Below are positions 13,580-27,657 of a stretch of 64,000 nt of DNA, piece by piece (the first letter of the stretch is position 1; every line of letters starts with the position of its first letter). Both the position numbers and the translations under genes were made by a program. The notes under the pieces are model-generated. The model ran no database searches. It saw only the letters and a list, made by a program, of their open reading frames with translations, and was not told where the DNA came from. Source of the stretch: Eledone cirrhosa (lineage: Eukaryota); NCBI GenBank assembly GCA_964016885.1, contig OZ024741.1:108810001-108874000 (forward strand), given 5' to 3'.

Positions 13580-13750
13580 AGGCGGAGAGGAAAGGCTTAG
13601 CACGGCGCCAATCCCACTCTCTAAACATCGAATGCATTTACCAAAAAAGTAGAAGTGGTCTACATCATTGGTTGCATTCGAAGTGGTAGGTTTTACATCA
13701 GAGTGATGTATTCCTAGAGAGATGTCTTAATGAAGATTAGGGAGTTCTCG
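13580..13750 (-). mobile_element. Old diverged copy of the RTE-like short repeat
   Basis: GCCAATCCCACTCTCT...TTTACCAAAAA...ACATCATTGG aligns with 19110-19270. Confidence 0.45.
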
Positions 13751-14971
13751 TACTCTACAGTGCCCCTAAACAATAAATGCACACACACACACACACACAC
13801 ATATCAAGTGATTGTTTATTAATGTGGCCTACAATATCTTGGACGCCATTACCCCATTTGACCATGTTTTATGTATTCAAGGTGACTGATTTCTAAAGGT
13901 ATATATGTCTGTCATGTAGTTTTTAGATTGATACCCCGTGACTGCTTTGCGTGTGAGGGTATGTACGCCTGAAAGGAATTATTCTGTGCTTTAAAGATCT
14001 TTTATTAAATGATATGTTCAATCCGTGTTTGGTATCGCCGATCACAGCAGATCAAGTATTTTAAAGGGTTAGAATGAATCAGAATGATCTATGATGAAAA
14101 GAATTAATAATTCATTTCAGTTTTCATTATATACAAGTGAAATAAGAATATTTCTTTTCTTTTCTTTATTTTTTTAAATAAAGAATTAAGAAGTAGAAGG
14201 TGTTAACGCTACATATTTGTTTTGTAATTGTTTTTTTTGTTTTTTTTTTGTTATTTCAGATTAAAATAACATAAAAAAAAATTGAGGTTAGGATGCAGAT
14301 GTAATGTGACTAATAAAGTGAGGAGATATAGCGTCGTGTCAATATGTCGATATGTTGTTTACGAGAGAAACAAACAACAATAGTATATATCAAGTAAAGA
14401 CCAACAGGAAAATATCAAGAAGCCTAAACATGAACGAAACAGTTAAAAAATGTTCACCCGTGGCATATTAATAAACTCAAATATTGAAACCACAAATGAA
14501 AGATCGATTCCGTTTTCTTTAGTTTAGCTGGTGGAAATAGAAGACGATATGAAAATGAATAAAATAGATGGGCAATTATTTAATTAACTTTTAATGAAAT
14601 ATAACTTAGTAAGTTGATTACTATTGCTATTTTTTAATTATTTCTTTAGAATATTGGTCTACATTTTTAACTTGCTCTATCAGCTGACTTGGATTTCCAT
14701 TTAGCTTTAGAACATGGGAAAATAATTGAATGTTCATGCATAAAAACCTTTTAGTCGCTTTCCGATAGGTATGTAATTGAACCTGTAACAGGAAGACTTC
14801 CGGTGATTTGGATCCCGTACCATCTCCCTATGCACTTATATCGGGGCAAATTTGGCAACCTGCAGGAGAGAGCCTCCTGTGTTGGAAGGGCTATTCCAAC
14901 GGATCTCCTTCGCCATCTTCTGAGGCAACATAATCTCCATTCTGTTTGCTGGGACGAGGTGACCCCTATAT

Positions 14972-15289
14972 TCGGGTTCTCAACCTTTCTTTCGCTGTGG
15001 ACCACCAAAATAAGTAATTTTTTTCCTGTGGACCACCTAAACTTTTAAATCTTTTGTAATAGAACTGCTGCTTATAAGCATCAGTAGATGTGTTTTTTTC
15101 AATGAATTAGAAAATGCTATTATCATGTCGCAGTGGCTAAACATCTACGCAAATAAACGGCTGAAGTCGTACTTATGCGAAGAACAAGAACAGCGCTTTA
15201 AGTCAAATGCATGGATCAAAAAGGAATTTGCTATTGAAAATTTTCTGTGGACCAGTAGTGGTCCACATGGACCAGGTTGAGAACCCCTG
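14972..15289. mobile_element. hAT-like MITE
   Basis: Terminal inverted repeats CGGGTTCTCAACCT / AGGTTGAGAACCCCTG and internal repeated GTGGACC motifs. No clear TSD. Confidence 0.6.
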
Positions 15290-15500
15290 GATTACACAAC
15301 GGTTTACTTGCACATGCGTGATATGTTTATTCATCAAATTTAGCTTTAAAATTGATTCACATCATTTAACATAGTGAATACAGCAGGAGGCAATGATTTT
15401 CAGAGCGAAAGATATGGTTGATTGGATGCCATCAACAATTAAATATACATTTATATTTATATCAAGAAAATGTGACCAGTTATCAATCATTAAACACACA

Positions 15501-15602
<102 letters not shown>

Positions 15603-15659
15603 TAACAAAGAATCACTGTTGCATCATATACATATTTAATTACATATTAGATATGCTTC

Positions 15660-16790
15660 ACTGTCAATCAGCTTGAGGAACGATCGATTAATGATCGAAC
15701 CTGACTCTGGAATCGGAAGCTCATAAGGGACAATTTCTTCTCGACACATTGCTGGGTGATAGTGGCCACACTGATCGTCATTTCGTCCCAATTCTCATCC
15801 ACCTGGAGATCTGGTTCGAACCAGACCCCGAGCAACTTTACCGGTCCGCCTGTCAAGCGCCCAATGAAACCTTTTAAGCGAGGTGCTGAGCTGCAAGCCC
15901 ACCGACTTTTCTGGGTTAAGTTTTGCTCCCGTCAACCTTTCATATTCCTCCAAGCAGGTGCCGACCACCTCGATTTCCCTGGTGTTCGAGACCATTAAAG
16001 TGCTGTCGTCTGCATATGCCGGCACCACACTTCCACAACCGGATTCGTGCAGGATGCTCTGCAATAAATGCTCGTGAGTCAAAACGTACAAATGGGAAGA
16101 GAGAGGGCACGCTTGACATCCCAATCAGGAGATCTGAAACGGTTCCGAAAAATGTTCATTAAATTTGACCACCGAGCTGATGCTGCTGTGCATTGCAGCG
16201 ATCCAGCCTCTGAAGACGGGTCCGAAGCCAGCTGCCCTGAGGATAGCCTCCAGGTATCGATCGTCGAAACTATGAAAAGCTTTTAATTGAACTAAATTTA
16301 CCACAGCTCTACCGAAGCCAGGTTTACACCCTACCCTCTCATAATATATCGCATGTGTTGGATGTTGTCGTGTATGAATCTGGTCAGGGTTACCCGAGTT
16401 TGCGCCTCCCCTACCAAATCCTCGACTACAAGCCTTGTCGAGAACACCTTGGCCAAATTCTTAAACTCTGTGTTTAGCAGAGTTATGTGCCTGAATGTGT
16501 TTGATGTATCCCTCCAGTTCTCGTATTTCTTTATCAGCGTCACTACGCCCTGGATCACAGAACTGGGAATACTTCCGTTCTGATGCCAGTTGCGGTGGAA
16601 CGCCTCGAGGAGATCGGAGACCAAATCAGGCATATCTATGTAAAGCTCGTAGAGCAGGCCATCCAAACCGAGTGGTTTACGCCTCGTGCAGGCGACTAGG
16701 CCATCCCGAATCTCGGCTGATGTTATCGGCCTTTTGCAGCGCCCATCATTGGCTGGTGAGAGAAGCGGTAGGTCTTTCAGGTAGGAACTG
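15660..16790 (-). pseudogene. L1/Tx1-clade non-LTR retrotransposon RT fragment, frameshifted
   Basis: ORF fragments encode DGLLYELY, GVVTLIKK, FRHITLLNTEFKNLAKV, QACPLSSHLYVL, AYADD and GAKLNPEKS, which are L1/Tx1 RT motifs. Confidence 0.85.
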
Positions 16791-17896
16791 AAATCTCCGA
16801 GGCCCCACTCCCCGAATTGTTGGTGGGGTTTTCTTTGGGAACCCCCTTAAAAGCCGACACGAGGCTCTCACACAATAGGTTCCCACGTCATCAGGGAAGC
16901 TCTCTCTAATGTTTTTGTAAGTATTCACTGGCATCCATACCATCAGCAGTGCATTGGGCACTTTGAAGTTACAGGTGCCAAACATCTTCCCATCTTTCTC
17001 AATATCTTGCCTTCGTGTTACAAATTTTTTTGATTTCTCCTTCTTAGTAACACGAGGTTGGGTGTTTCTGCTGTTGTTAGTGCCTGCATTTGTTTCCTTT
17101 TGTGTGTCATGTGTTGCAGTTGCGTTTTTGTTGGTGGTGGCGGTGGTTGTGTTTTTGTTGATGGTTATGGTGTTGGTTTTGTTGTATCTGTGCTTGTAGG
17201 CGTGTGTGTATTTTTGATTTTGTGTTACCTTTTGATTTTTTTGTCGTTTTTTTAGGTTCCCCCTTATCTTCACTTGGGAATGAGGAGAGACTAGTGTCTG
17301 GAGACTGTGTCACAGGGGAGTGTGGGTGTTTACAGGTGTGTGAATGTTTGTCTGTGTGTTTATGCGTGTATTTGTCTCGTGAGGCGAGTGGGAGAGCTTA
17401 CCTCACTTTTGACCTGGGTGGGTTTTGATGTTGGTGGTTCTGCGGGTGATGGTGCTGGTAGTGCTGCCGGTCCTTTTTTGTTTATCCTTCACTCACATTA
17501 TTAGAATGATCCCTGGATTAGCATCACTGCAAATGCAAAAAAACTGTTTTTACTGGTACGGCACATGTTTTCAGAAGAGAACGCTGTGAGAAAAATAATG
17601 ATCTATGTAATTTTTTACTTAACTTTATAAGATTATATTTCATAATTATGTAAGTTGTAAATAAGTGAGCACTCTGATACGATTAAATATTATTATGTTG
17701 TAAATATGATTTTAATCAGATAATGTGTACATGTATAAAGCAAATTATATATTTGTAACTGTGTAAAGTGCGTGACATGATCAATCCGGTCTATTTATTT
17801 TGTGGTTTATGTATGTATGTAGTGAGATACTCTGCTCTAGGTATCGGGAGGACACTCAGCAAGAAATGGAAACAAAACCTAAGGGATAAAGTAAAA

Positions 17897-17961
<65 letters not shown>

Positions 17962-18584
17962 ACCGATTACTCGCTTAAGTTTATTTTAAAAGCAACTCGG
18001 TAGAGAAGTTAATTCGTTTTGTGTGGTTTTTGCAAATTTTTGCAATAACTACACATGCTGAATTCACTGGCCAAAATAGGGATTTTCTCCCCTTAGAATC
18101 TCACATGTGCTTTCACAACCTGCGAGATTCCGGCGCAAGAAGAACAAGAATCTGTTGAGAAATCGATGCCTTGTTCGATCATTATACCAAAAGCTTATTT
18201 TTATAAGCAGACAGTATTATTGATTTAGGTCTTGCAAAAACACAATTTCGGAGTATTCCATCTTCCCCGAGGGTCCGGGTAACTATTTCATTCATATCTC
18301 ATTTTGTTTGACCCGTTTAGCTTGTTCGACTTTTTGGCTAAGGTGGCTATGGCTTCTTAACCATCGTCTCAGCGTGTATGACCATTTTAACTTATGTTTA
18401 TAGCACTGCTATCCTCTTTATATGCATGGAGCGCTTGTCTGCACAATATGGAAGTTACATTTCGCTAATTTCTACCCGCCGAAATGCGATTCTCGCTAAA
18501 TTTATATTTATATATATATATACAGAGGGAGAGAGAGAGATATACAGAGATTCATAAAGATACACACATACATATACATATACA

Positions 18585-19475
18585 TGATGGCTGCCCCCTC
18601 GTTATCGAGGATGGCCATTGCACGATATAACATTATTAATAATTATTAATCAATTCTATCGTGCAATGCCTGTGTGTGAAGATTCTTTTTAAAGTGAGGA
18701 AAGACTGTACACTGAGCCAATCCCACTCTCTGAGCGACAGTAGCTATAACCCGAAAAGAAGAAAAGATCAACATCATCGGTAACTACTGAGCCTCCGTCA
18801 GGGCATTCTTCTAGGAGAAGACAACTCAGGAAACTGGAATAACTCCGATATAAACATATATATATACATACAGGATGCCAACTCGTTTTCGAGTACGGCC
18901 ACTACTTTATATCCATGTAGGAGAACCCCTACCGATGCGCTGAACGAGTGTGACTTTTTAGTCCAGCCAGCGACTTGAAAACTGGTACAAACACTACACT
19001 TGTGACAATTATTGACATTTAGTGCTGGGCCCATGGTACCATGTGACGACAAGTGCAGAGAGATCTCCAGATATAAAGCAATGCCTGTGCCGTGAAGCTT
19101 TTATAGTGAGCAAAGGCTCTGCACAAAGCCAGTCCCACTCTCTTAACCAAGACGATATTTACCAAAAAGAAGAACAAGTCAACATCATTGGATACCATCA
19201 AGGTTCCAGGTGTTATATCAGAGTTTTCCTTCTCCTAGAATTCTGCCTTGACAAAGGCTAAGGAGTCATCTCTCCCGGTGATTTTGGATGGCCATTGACT
19301 CTTAAGAGCTCCTTTGCCCTTTGACAGGTTTTGTTTTTAGTCCTGCAGGATGTCCAAAATCACCCTCCTCACCAAGAAACCTTGGTGGGGTTGCCAGTTT
19401 AGTCTCCAACGACCCGACCATGGGACAGGTTGTATTGGGATACATGTTACCAGTAGCACCAACTGGTGACCTGAC
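18585..19475 (-). mobile_element. RTE-like non-autonomous retroposon (18870-19475) plus an older partial copy (18585-18830)
   Basis: Near-identical to 3718-4128 with an extra ~200-bp 5' part. Bounded by TA/CATA microsatellites. Confidence 0.6.
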
Positions 19476-19610
19476 ATACATATACATACGTGCATACATT
19501 CAAACATATACTATATATACATGCATATATAATATAAATATATATCTATATATATATATGTGTGTGTGTATGCGTGTCTAACTGAAGCCTAGTATAATTG
19601 CACTATATTG

Positions 19611-19795
19611 AATTGGCAGTATCGGTAGAAGGTTGGACGCCATGCTTTCTAGCATAGTTACGTCCCTTTACGGTCTGAGTTCAAATCCTGCCGAGGTTAA
19701 ATTTGCCTTTCATCGTTACCGGGTCGATAAAATAAAGTACCAGTAATGCACTGGGTAATTGCTGGCCTTGTGCCAAAAGTAGAAACAATTATTAT
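19611..19795 (+). mobile_element. SINE family 1
   Basis: Full A/B boxes, central domain and tail as at 1253-1440. Confidence 0.85.
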
Positions 19796-20754
19796 ATCTC
19801 TCTATCATACAGTATAGATACATAAATAAATCAATAAGACATTTACAAATTTCAATCACGTTTTCTCCATTTCGTTTGCATAAATCTAATCTCTTGTTTC
19901 AACAAACGTCTTCAATTTTACTTTCACACGCCTTTCCTTTCGCTCCTTATCGCATTACACCTCACATTGTTGTACCTCTTTTATATTTCATTTTTAATCT
20001 AATTTGTTTATTTTTATTTTATTTTTTTATTATTAGTTTTCGACAAATTTATTCTTCCAGATAAATCTTCAGTCGCGTACTTTTATTGAAGTCAATGTTT
20101 GAGAGTAATTGACTGATCCAAACTGGAGCTACTATCTGACAGCCCAGAGATTAGCGCATCATTTTGAAAGTTTCAAGAGAAGTGCTCCAGAGGCTAATGT
20201 GATGTATGGAAGATAGTTAAAAATGCTGCTTCAGGAAAACTGTCAACATAGAATTGCCCTCTTTTTCCATGAACATCAGTGGGCACCTGGAGTGACTTCC
20301 AAAGCATCCGACGGCACATGATTTTTACACTCTGATATTCATTAGAAAACAATCAACTCAATATTTCACCACCCACAATCCGTTAATATGTATCTACAAC
20401 AACCCACAAACGGTTAATCAAATCTAACTAATCCACATGATGTCTTCATTTGATACCTAAAACCACATTTTAGCCATTTGCTCACTTATCTATCCTTAGA
20501 ATATTAACCATCTTGAACTCTTATCTATATAGGCACACGTAGGCAAAGTATGTAATGAGGACAGCAGAGGCATATGTTTGTAGTTAAATATTAACCATGA
20601 CTGCCCTTACCTTGATGTGTGTGTGGATCACAAGAGACAGTGACAATTACCGTTAACATATCGAATTATTTTCGTTCCTTTTGTAGAAGGAATGACACGA
20701 AATTAATATACTTGCGTAGCATTCTTAAGAGAAAAAGAAAGAAATATGGCGGAA

Positions 20755-20784
<30 letters not shown>

Positions 20785-20787
<3 letters not shown>

Positions 20788-21150
20788 CAGATAAATCCAC
20801 CAATTAATGGTAGGGTCCAAGCCGTATGAAGAACTCAATGTAATCTGTATGTAGAAGATGTCGTGAAGCAAAGTTTAAAATACAAAATTTCAACGATATA
20901 ATTCATTGGAAGCAGAGTCAAAATAATACAAATAGTAAAAACAATGAAATGAAACAAAATACGGGTAATTCATAGTAAAACTCATTAATTTACGATCGTT
21001 TCTGGGGGGGGGGGTTAGTTTTCCGTATGCTCATTCTATTAGTGATCTTTGTAAATTATATTACAAATTATCACGATCGTAAAATAATGAGTTTTTACTA
21101 TGAATTACCCGTATTTTGTTTAATTTAATGGTTTTCACTATTTTTATTAT
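20785..21150. mobile_element. Family B PLE-like tail with internal inversion, in (TA)n
   Basis: 21073-21150 is an inverted copy of 20923-20999. Homologous to 21893-22100 and 23243-23620. Confidence 0.7.
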
Positions 21151-21164
21151 ATATATATATATAT

Positions 21165-21226
<62 letters not shown>

Positions 21227-21384
21227 CCACAAATCATGGGAGTACACAATGCATGGGAGGAAACAGGGAAACAGAGTGGGTATAGAGATATGTAAAAACT
21301 GAAACCCCTTGGCGCCGCAGTCACAATTTTACATCTCTCTCTGTCTCTCTCTCCCTCTCACTCTCACTCTCTCTCTCCCTCTCA

Positions 21385-21421
<37 letters not shown>

Positions 21422-21539
21422 AGTGTAAGTATGTATGTATACGTAGTATCAGCCGTACTAAGAGTGAGAAATGAAAATTCGTTTCATTCTTTTCCATATA
21501 TATATATAAATTTTACATATACTGTATATATATATATAC

Positions 21540-21626
<87 letters not shown>

Positions 21627-21635
<9 letters not shown>

Positions 21636-21826
21636 ATACTTTGGGAGGGTCATGTTGCCAATATGAAACACATGCACCAGTTGCTTTCACTTCAATTTAT
21701 TATAAATTGAAGTGAAAGCAACTGGTGCGTGTGTTTCTTATTGGCAACATGACCCTCCCAAAGTATAACAATATCGGTTTCAACACACGATTTCAGATAA
21801 AGAATCTTGCTAAACAAATTCAGAAA

Positions 21827-21830
<4 letters not shown>
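21627..21830. mobile_element. Family G fold-back PLE-tail insert in (TA)n
   Basis: ~72-bp inverted arms centred near 21701. Other copies at 33400-33475, 36465-37090, 39665-39880 and 41685-41740. Confidence 0.75.
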
Positions 21831-21898
<68 letters not shown>

Positions 21899-21946
21899 CA
21901 AATAGTGAAAACAATGAAATTAAACAAAATAAGGGTCATTCATAGT

Positions 21947-22095
21947 AAAACTCATTATTTTACGATCGTTTCCGGGGTGTAGTACTCCGTATGTTCATTC
22001 TATTAGTGATCTATGAAAAATATATTACAAATTATCAAAGTAAGAAAATATACATACGTCTTCTCTACCCGCCGTCTTCAGAAATAATGAGTTTT
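21947..22095 (-). ncRNA. Type I hammerhead ribozyme with ~105-nt stem-loop II (family B)
   Basis: 14-bp stem I aaaactcattattt/aaataatgagtttt, CTGAAGA core, stem II cgg..gggtag/ctac..ccccg, GAAA, palindromic ACGATCGT stem III, cleavage triplet GUA. Confidence 0.8.
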
Positions 22096-22761
22096 GTTTA
22101 TATAAAACATGTATGAATAAATAACCTTTTAAGAACAAGGTTGAGATTGACCAATACTAAAAATAGGAAGGGGCAATATAGATCATTAAGCTGGTAGTAG
22201 TAGATGAATAAATATACAGTCAGGGGATGAGGTATCGAATGACCTTTAAGGAAAGAAAGTTGCGAGTGTAAAGGAATTTAGACAGATTGTATAGAAATTT
22301 CAGAAAAGTGTGGACGGTCAAGGAAGATTTAAGTTGGAGGAAAAGGGTGCAGATATCAGTGGGTTATATCCAGTAAAATAGTATAGAACTATCCTAAATA
22401 TTTGTTATTTCTTTGTTCAAGAGGAATAATTTGTTTGAAAAATTGAACAAGTAGAGGAATATAGATGGAACCAAAGAAAAGTAAAAAGTAGATAAAAAAA
22501 TATATAGGTAAGAAAATAATAAAATGTGTGTAAGAATAAAGTTTTACTTGTAGGAAATTTTATTTTCGAATAAGAAATATCATTAATAATCTAGTTTTCT
22601 TAATAGGTTTAAATGCATGTCTGTTAAAGTTTTGTTAGAGTGTTGAGTATAATGTAATATATAGTGCTCATTAATAGTTAATTATTTAAAACAGTTATAG
22701 GGATGAGATATAGGATTGAATCTATGGAGTAATTCTAATAGCAAAACAAATATATACACAC

Positions 22762-22822
<61 letters not shown>

Positions 22823-22826
<4 letters not shown>

Positions 22827-23243
22827 TGTATATATAGTGTATTTAGCAATACACAGTATGTTTAATTAAAAGTAACGACATTGTCGCTTACTTAAATTTT
22901 CGGTAGACAGGGGGAGATAAGTTGACAGCTCTGTTTCGTACTTTTTGGTACTTATCAAAACTCACTACTCTCCTTGTCTGCCGAAAATTATGTGTGTTGG
23001 ATTCTTATAGAATTCCAGTAACAATCAGGAAGTGATTTTATAGAGCAGTCGCCGGCCCAGCAGAAATTGAAAATTAGAATAGGTGCTCTGAAATAGCGAT
23101 ATATATATGAATGTATATATAGTGTATTTTGCAATACACTGTATGCTTAATTAAAAGTATATTGAAGACCACACGCTATTGTTTTAAAGTAGCGACATTG
23201 TCGCTTATCTAAATTTTCGGCAGACAGGGAGAGATAGGTTGAC
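22823..23243 (-). mobile_element. Family A retrozyme-like element (317-nt period)
   Basis: CGG.AGACAGGG repeats at 22901 and 23218. Homologous to 6615-7052. Confidence 0.7.
22901..22983 (-). ncRNA. Type I hammerhead ribozyme, U3-A8 variant (family A)
   Basis: agtt-TTGATAA-gtac(caaaaa)gtac-GAAA-cagagctg-TC-aact, with distal stem I cggcagaca / tgtctaccg. Confidence 0.8.
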
Positions 23244-23620
23244 GATATAATTCATTGGAAGCAGAGTCAAAATAATACAAATAGTGAAAACAATGAAATT
23301 AAACAAAATACGGGTAATTCATAGTAAAATTCATTATTTTACGAACGGTTCTGGGGGGTAGTTCTCCGTATGTTCATTCTATTAGTGATTTATGTGAAAT
23401 ATATTACAAATTATCAAAGTCAGAAACGATCGTAAAATAATGAGTATTTTGTTTAATTTCATTGTTTTCACCATTTGTATTATTTTGACTCTGCTTCCAA
23501 TGAATTATATGGTTGAAATTTTGTATTTTAAACTTTGCTTCGCGACACCTTCTACATACGGATTACATTGAGTTCTTCATACGGCTTGGACCCTACCATT
23601 AATTGGTGGATTTATCTATC
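23243..23620. mobile_element. Family B fold-back element fused to family A
   Basis: 23243-23345 pairs with 23423-23511. 23511-23620 is the reverse complement of 20785-20895. Confidence 0.7.
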
Positions 23621-23741
23621 TATATATATATATATATATATATATTTATGAAAATAATATGCTCTACCGTTCTTATATATTTGATATATATTTATCCTTA
23701 TCGAGCCCTTTTGGGATTTTAGTCTTCAAATTTATTATTAT

Positions 23742-23831
<90 letters not shown>

Positions 23832-24461
23832 GTGTGTGTGTGTGTATGTGTGTGTGTGTAAAGGAATTATAAATCCGACCGCGACCATCATTTATACATG
23901 TATAAGTATCTCTTTCTCTCTCCGTCTCTCAAGACAACACCGCATTTAAGCGCGCCCGTAATCTCTGCGACCACCAGGTACACAGTTCCTTGTCTTCATT
24001 TTCTAGGACTCCGCCCGGCCTCCGTCCGTGATCTCGTCCCTGCTGTATCACATGTGCTTTCATTTCAAACCTCACTACTCTCACAGGACCTAACGATTCT
24101 TTCCGTCTCCCAGGCCACTCCGCCATACAGGTGTCAGTCCTCCGTGCGCTTTTACATTCACACTCTAGTTTCATATTGGTCAGTTACGGCCAAAACACAC
24201 ACTCGTACAGATTGTAAAGATCAACAACAAACACACACACACACACACACACATCTATACTTACTCTCACAGCTCTGTACAGACCAACAACTAACACACG
24301 CACACGCACACACTACACACACGCTCCTTCATAAACTTATATAGACACATATTTCCTCATAGCTTCGCATTTACAACAAAACACACGCGCGCCTATACAT
24401 ACACAACCTTTCCTAATCTTATATATGTGTGTATGTGTGTGTATGTGAGTGTATGAGCATG

Positions 24462-24543
<82 letters not shown>

Positions 24544-24648
24544 ATGGTTGCAATAAATGCGTCCGTAGGCGGTATGCCGTTTGAACACTTGATGCTCGCG
24601 CGAAGCAGAGTATATTATTATATATATTATTATATATATATAATATAA

Positions 24649-24687
<39 letters not shown>

Positions 24688-24720
24688 TAGATACACACAC
24701 GGACACACGCACACATGCAC

Positions 24721-24795
<75 letters not shown>

Positions 24796-25064
24796 AACAC
24801 AAGGAAGCATAGAAGTAGCATTTTGTACGACGCAGAATATACTAAACTAAAACTATTTCTGAAGAAAAGCTCATTTTGCTAATATCACCAATATCTTCAT
24901 TTTTATGCAATGCGGCTGATTATGGTTGTTGCAGCTTCTGCAGTTGTAATTTGCAGTCTATGCACCACCTATGATATTCTTGCTAATGTAGGAATGTTCA
25001 TCAGGTTCCAGTGTGGCTGCTTTATACATCACATTACTTTCCTTCTTTTTTTAACTCTCCATTA

Positions 25065-25114
<50 letters not shown>

Positions 25115-25241
25115 GATTATTATTATTATTATTATTATTGTATGTTGTTTTAATTTGCAGATGTTACTGCGTTTTAAATTTTAGATATAACAAGCTCAAC
25201 GTAACAGTTTGTTTTAGAGATATTTTCCATCTCTACCAAGG

Positions 25242-25388
<147 letters not shown>

Positions 25389-25664
25389 ATGTGTGTGTGT
25401 GTAAATGTGTGTCTGCGAATATAAGTGTGTGTGTGAGTGTGTATCTGTGTGTGGATGCATACATACACACATATATACATACATGCGTACATACACACAG
25501 ACATATATATATATATATGTGTGTGTGTGGGTGTGTGTGTGTATGCGTATGTATGTGTGTGTGTGTGTGTATAGATTCATATGCCTATGAATTTATCTTC
25601 TGGCACATTATATATTTTCATACGTTTTATTCTTCTCTATTTTACCATCCGTATCTCTCTCTAG

Positions 25665-25792
<128 letters not shown>

Positions 25793-25897
25793 TATCGTTT
25801 TCTCCCAATTTATCTTTTTCCAAAGCACACTGCTACTTACCGTGCATATATCTAAACAATTTGTGTATGAGTATACATTTATATTTTCACACACACA

Positions 25898-25959
<62 letters not shown>

Positions 25960-26007
25960 TACATACACATATACAAATATGCACACAAACACAAACACAT
26001 ACATACG

Positions 26008-26090
<83 letters not shown>

Positions 26091-26134
26091 AAGTTAAATA
26101 AAAGTCAAATGATTAAAATTTAGCTTCGTTTATT

Positions 26135-26189
26135 ACTGCTATATATATTTCAGTGACAGCCATCTTTGGCTGTGACCTCTTCAGGCAGT
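26135..26189 (-). ncRNA. Type I hammerhead ribozyme (mirror of 27603-27657)
   Basis: Reverse complement of the 27603 motif. Confidence 0.8.
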
Positions 26190-27602
26190 TTGAATTAGTA
26201 TGGTATAGACAAGTACATATGTTGTTTAGGTGTATGATATTGTCAATACTCTGATATGCCCAGTTCCTTGCTGGGTTGTTAATTCACTGGGGAACTGGAG
26301 TCATATGAATTCAAACAAACGAATTTTCGTGTCACAGGTCCCCTTCTCCTCTCATTGGTCAGTTATTAGTGTTGTCATTGTTGCAGTTAGCTTAAAAATT
26401 GATAAAATGGTAGAAGGGACAAGGTGTTGAAGGAACAAAATATCAAAAAATGTGTCAAACTTCCCATTGTTCAGTTCTGAGAGCATTCCTCAGTCAGAAG
26501 TCTATAGAATTCTTTCTGGGGTGAGGCTCCCTGTAGTGTTTATGCCTGCTATTGTTCAGTACATTTGACCTCCACCATTATTTTGGTACTGTTGTTGTTG
26601 TAGTGGTCAGCTTATACCTTGCTGCTGCTAACAATTTAGAAGTATTCAGTTTGTGTTTTCTCTTCATCCCACTCGCCACCATCGTAGTGGTGGTGGCGGG
26701 GGGGGGGGGGTTCTTTCATGTATATGAAGAAATATAAGGCGATAAATGAAGAAAACAGAAGATAAATAAATAATATAATAAAATAAAATAATTAATATAA
26801 TTTGTGTAATTTGAAAATAAATAAATAAATAGAGAATAAAGAATAAAGAGTAAATGAGAGATTGGTGAAAAAGTAATAATAATGTATATGGAGAAGTGAG
26901 AAATAATGTAGGATAAAGTGTGTGTGTGTGCTATAACCAATCTCAAGGTCAGAATATGTTGGATAGATTGGTATGATACAAGATGTTAAGATGAGATATT
27001 CAATGTGTTTGTGTTATAATCTATCTCAACTTAAAATAAATATAAGGTTATACAGTGAAGAGGGCAGAAAACAAATAACAAATTAATAAAGAGAAATCAA
27101 GATTTAAGATTGGAACTTTAAAGTCAGAAGAGAAAACACAAACTGAATACTTCTAAATTGTTAGCAGCAGCAAGGTATAAGCTGACCACTACAACAACAA
27201 CAGTACCAAAATAATGGTGGAGATCAAATGTACTGAACAATAGCAGGCATAAACACTACAGGGAGCCTCACCCCAGAAAGAATTCTATAGACTTCTGACT
27301 GAGGAATGCTCTCAGAACTGAACAATGGGAAGTTTGACACATTTTTTGATATTTTGTTCCTTCAACACCTTGTCCCTTCTACCATTTTATCAATTTTTAA
27401 GCTAACTCCAACAATGACAACACTAATAACTGACCAATGAGAGGAGAAGGGGACCTGTGACACGAAAATTCGTTTGTTTGAATTCATATGACTCCAGTTC
27501 CCCAGTGAATTAACAACCCAGCAAGGAACTGGGCATATCAGAGTATTGACAATATCATACACCTAAACAACATATGTACTTGTCTATACCATACTAATTC
27601 AA

Positions 27603-27657
27603 ACTGCCTGAAGAGGTCACAGCCAAAGATGGCTGTCACTGAAATATATATAGCAGT
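27603..27657 (+). ncRNA. Type I hammerhead ribozyme
   Basis: actgc-CTGAAGA-ggtcacagcca(aaga)tggctgtcact-GAAA-tatata-TA-gcagt. Palindromic stem III. Confidence 0.85.

Noticed and set aside
16746-17504. Thr/Lys/Asn-rich 175-aa ORF upstream of the L1/Tx1 fragment
   Set aside because: Low-complexity sequence without recognisable ORF1 or endonuclease motifs.
23850-24350. GC-richer 148-aa ORF region
   Set aside because: No recognisable domain, splice context or second copy in the window; probably an unclassified repeat.
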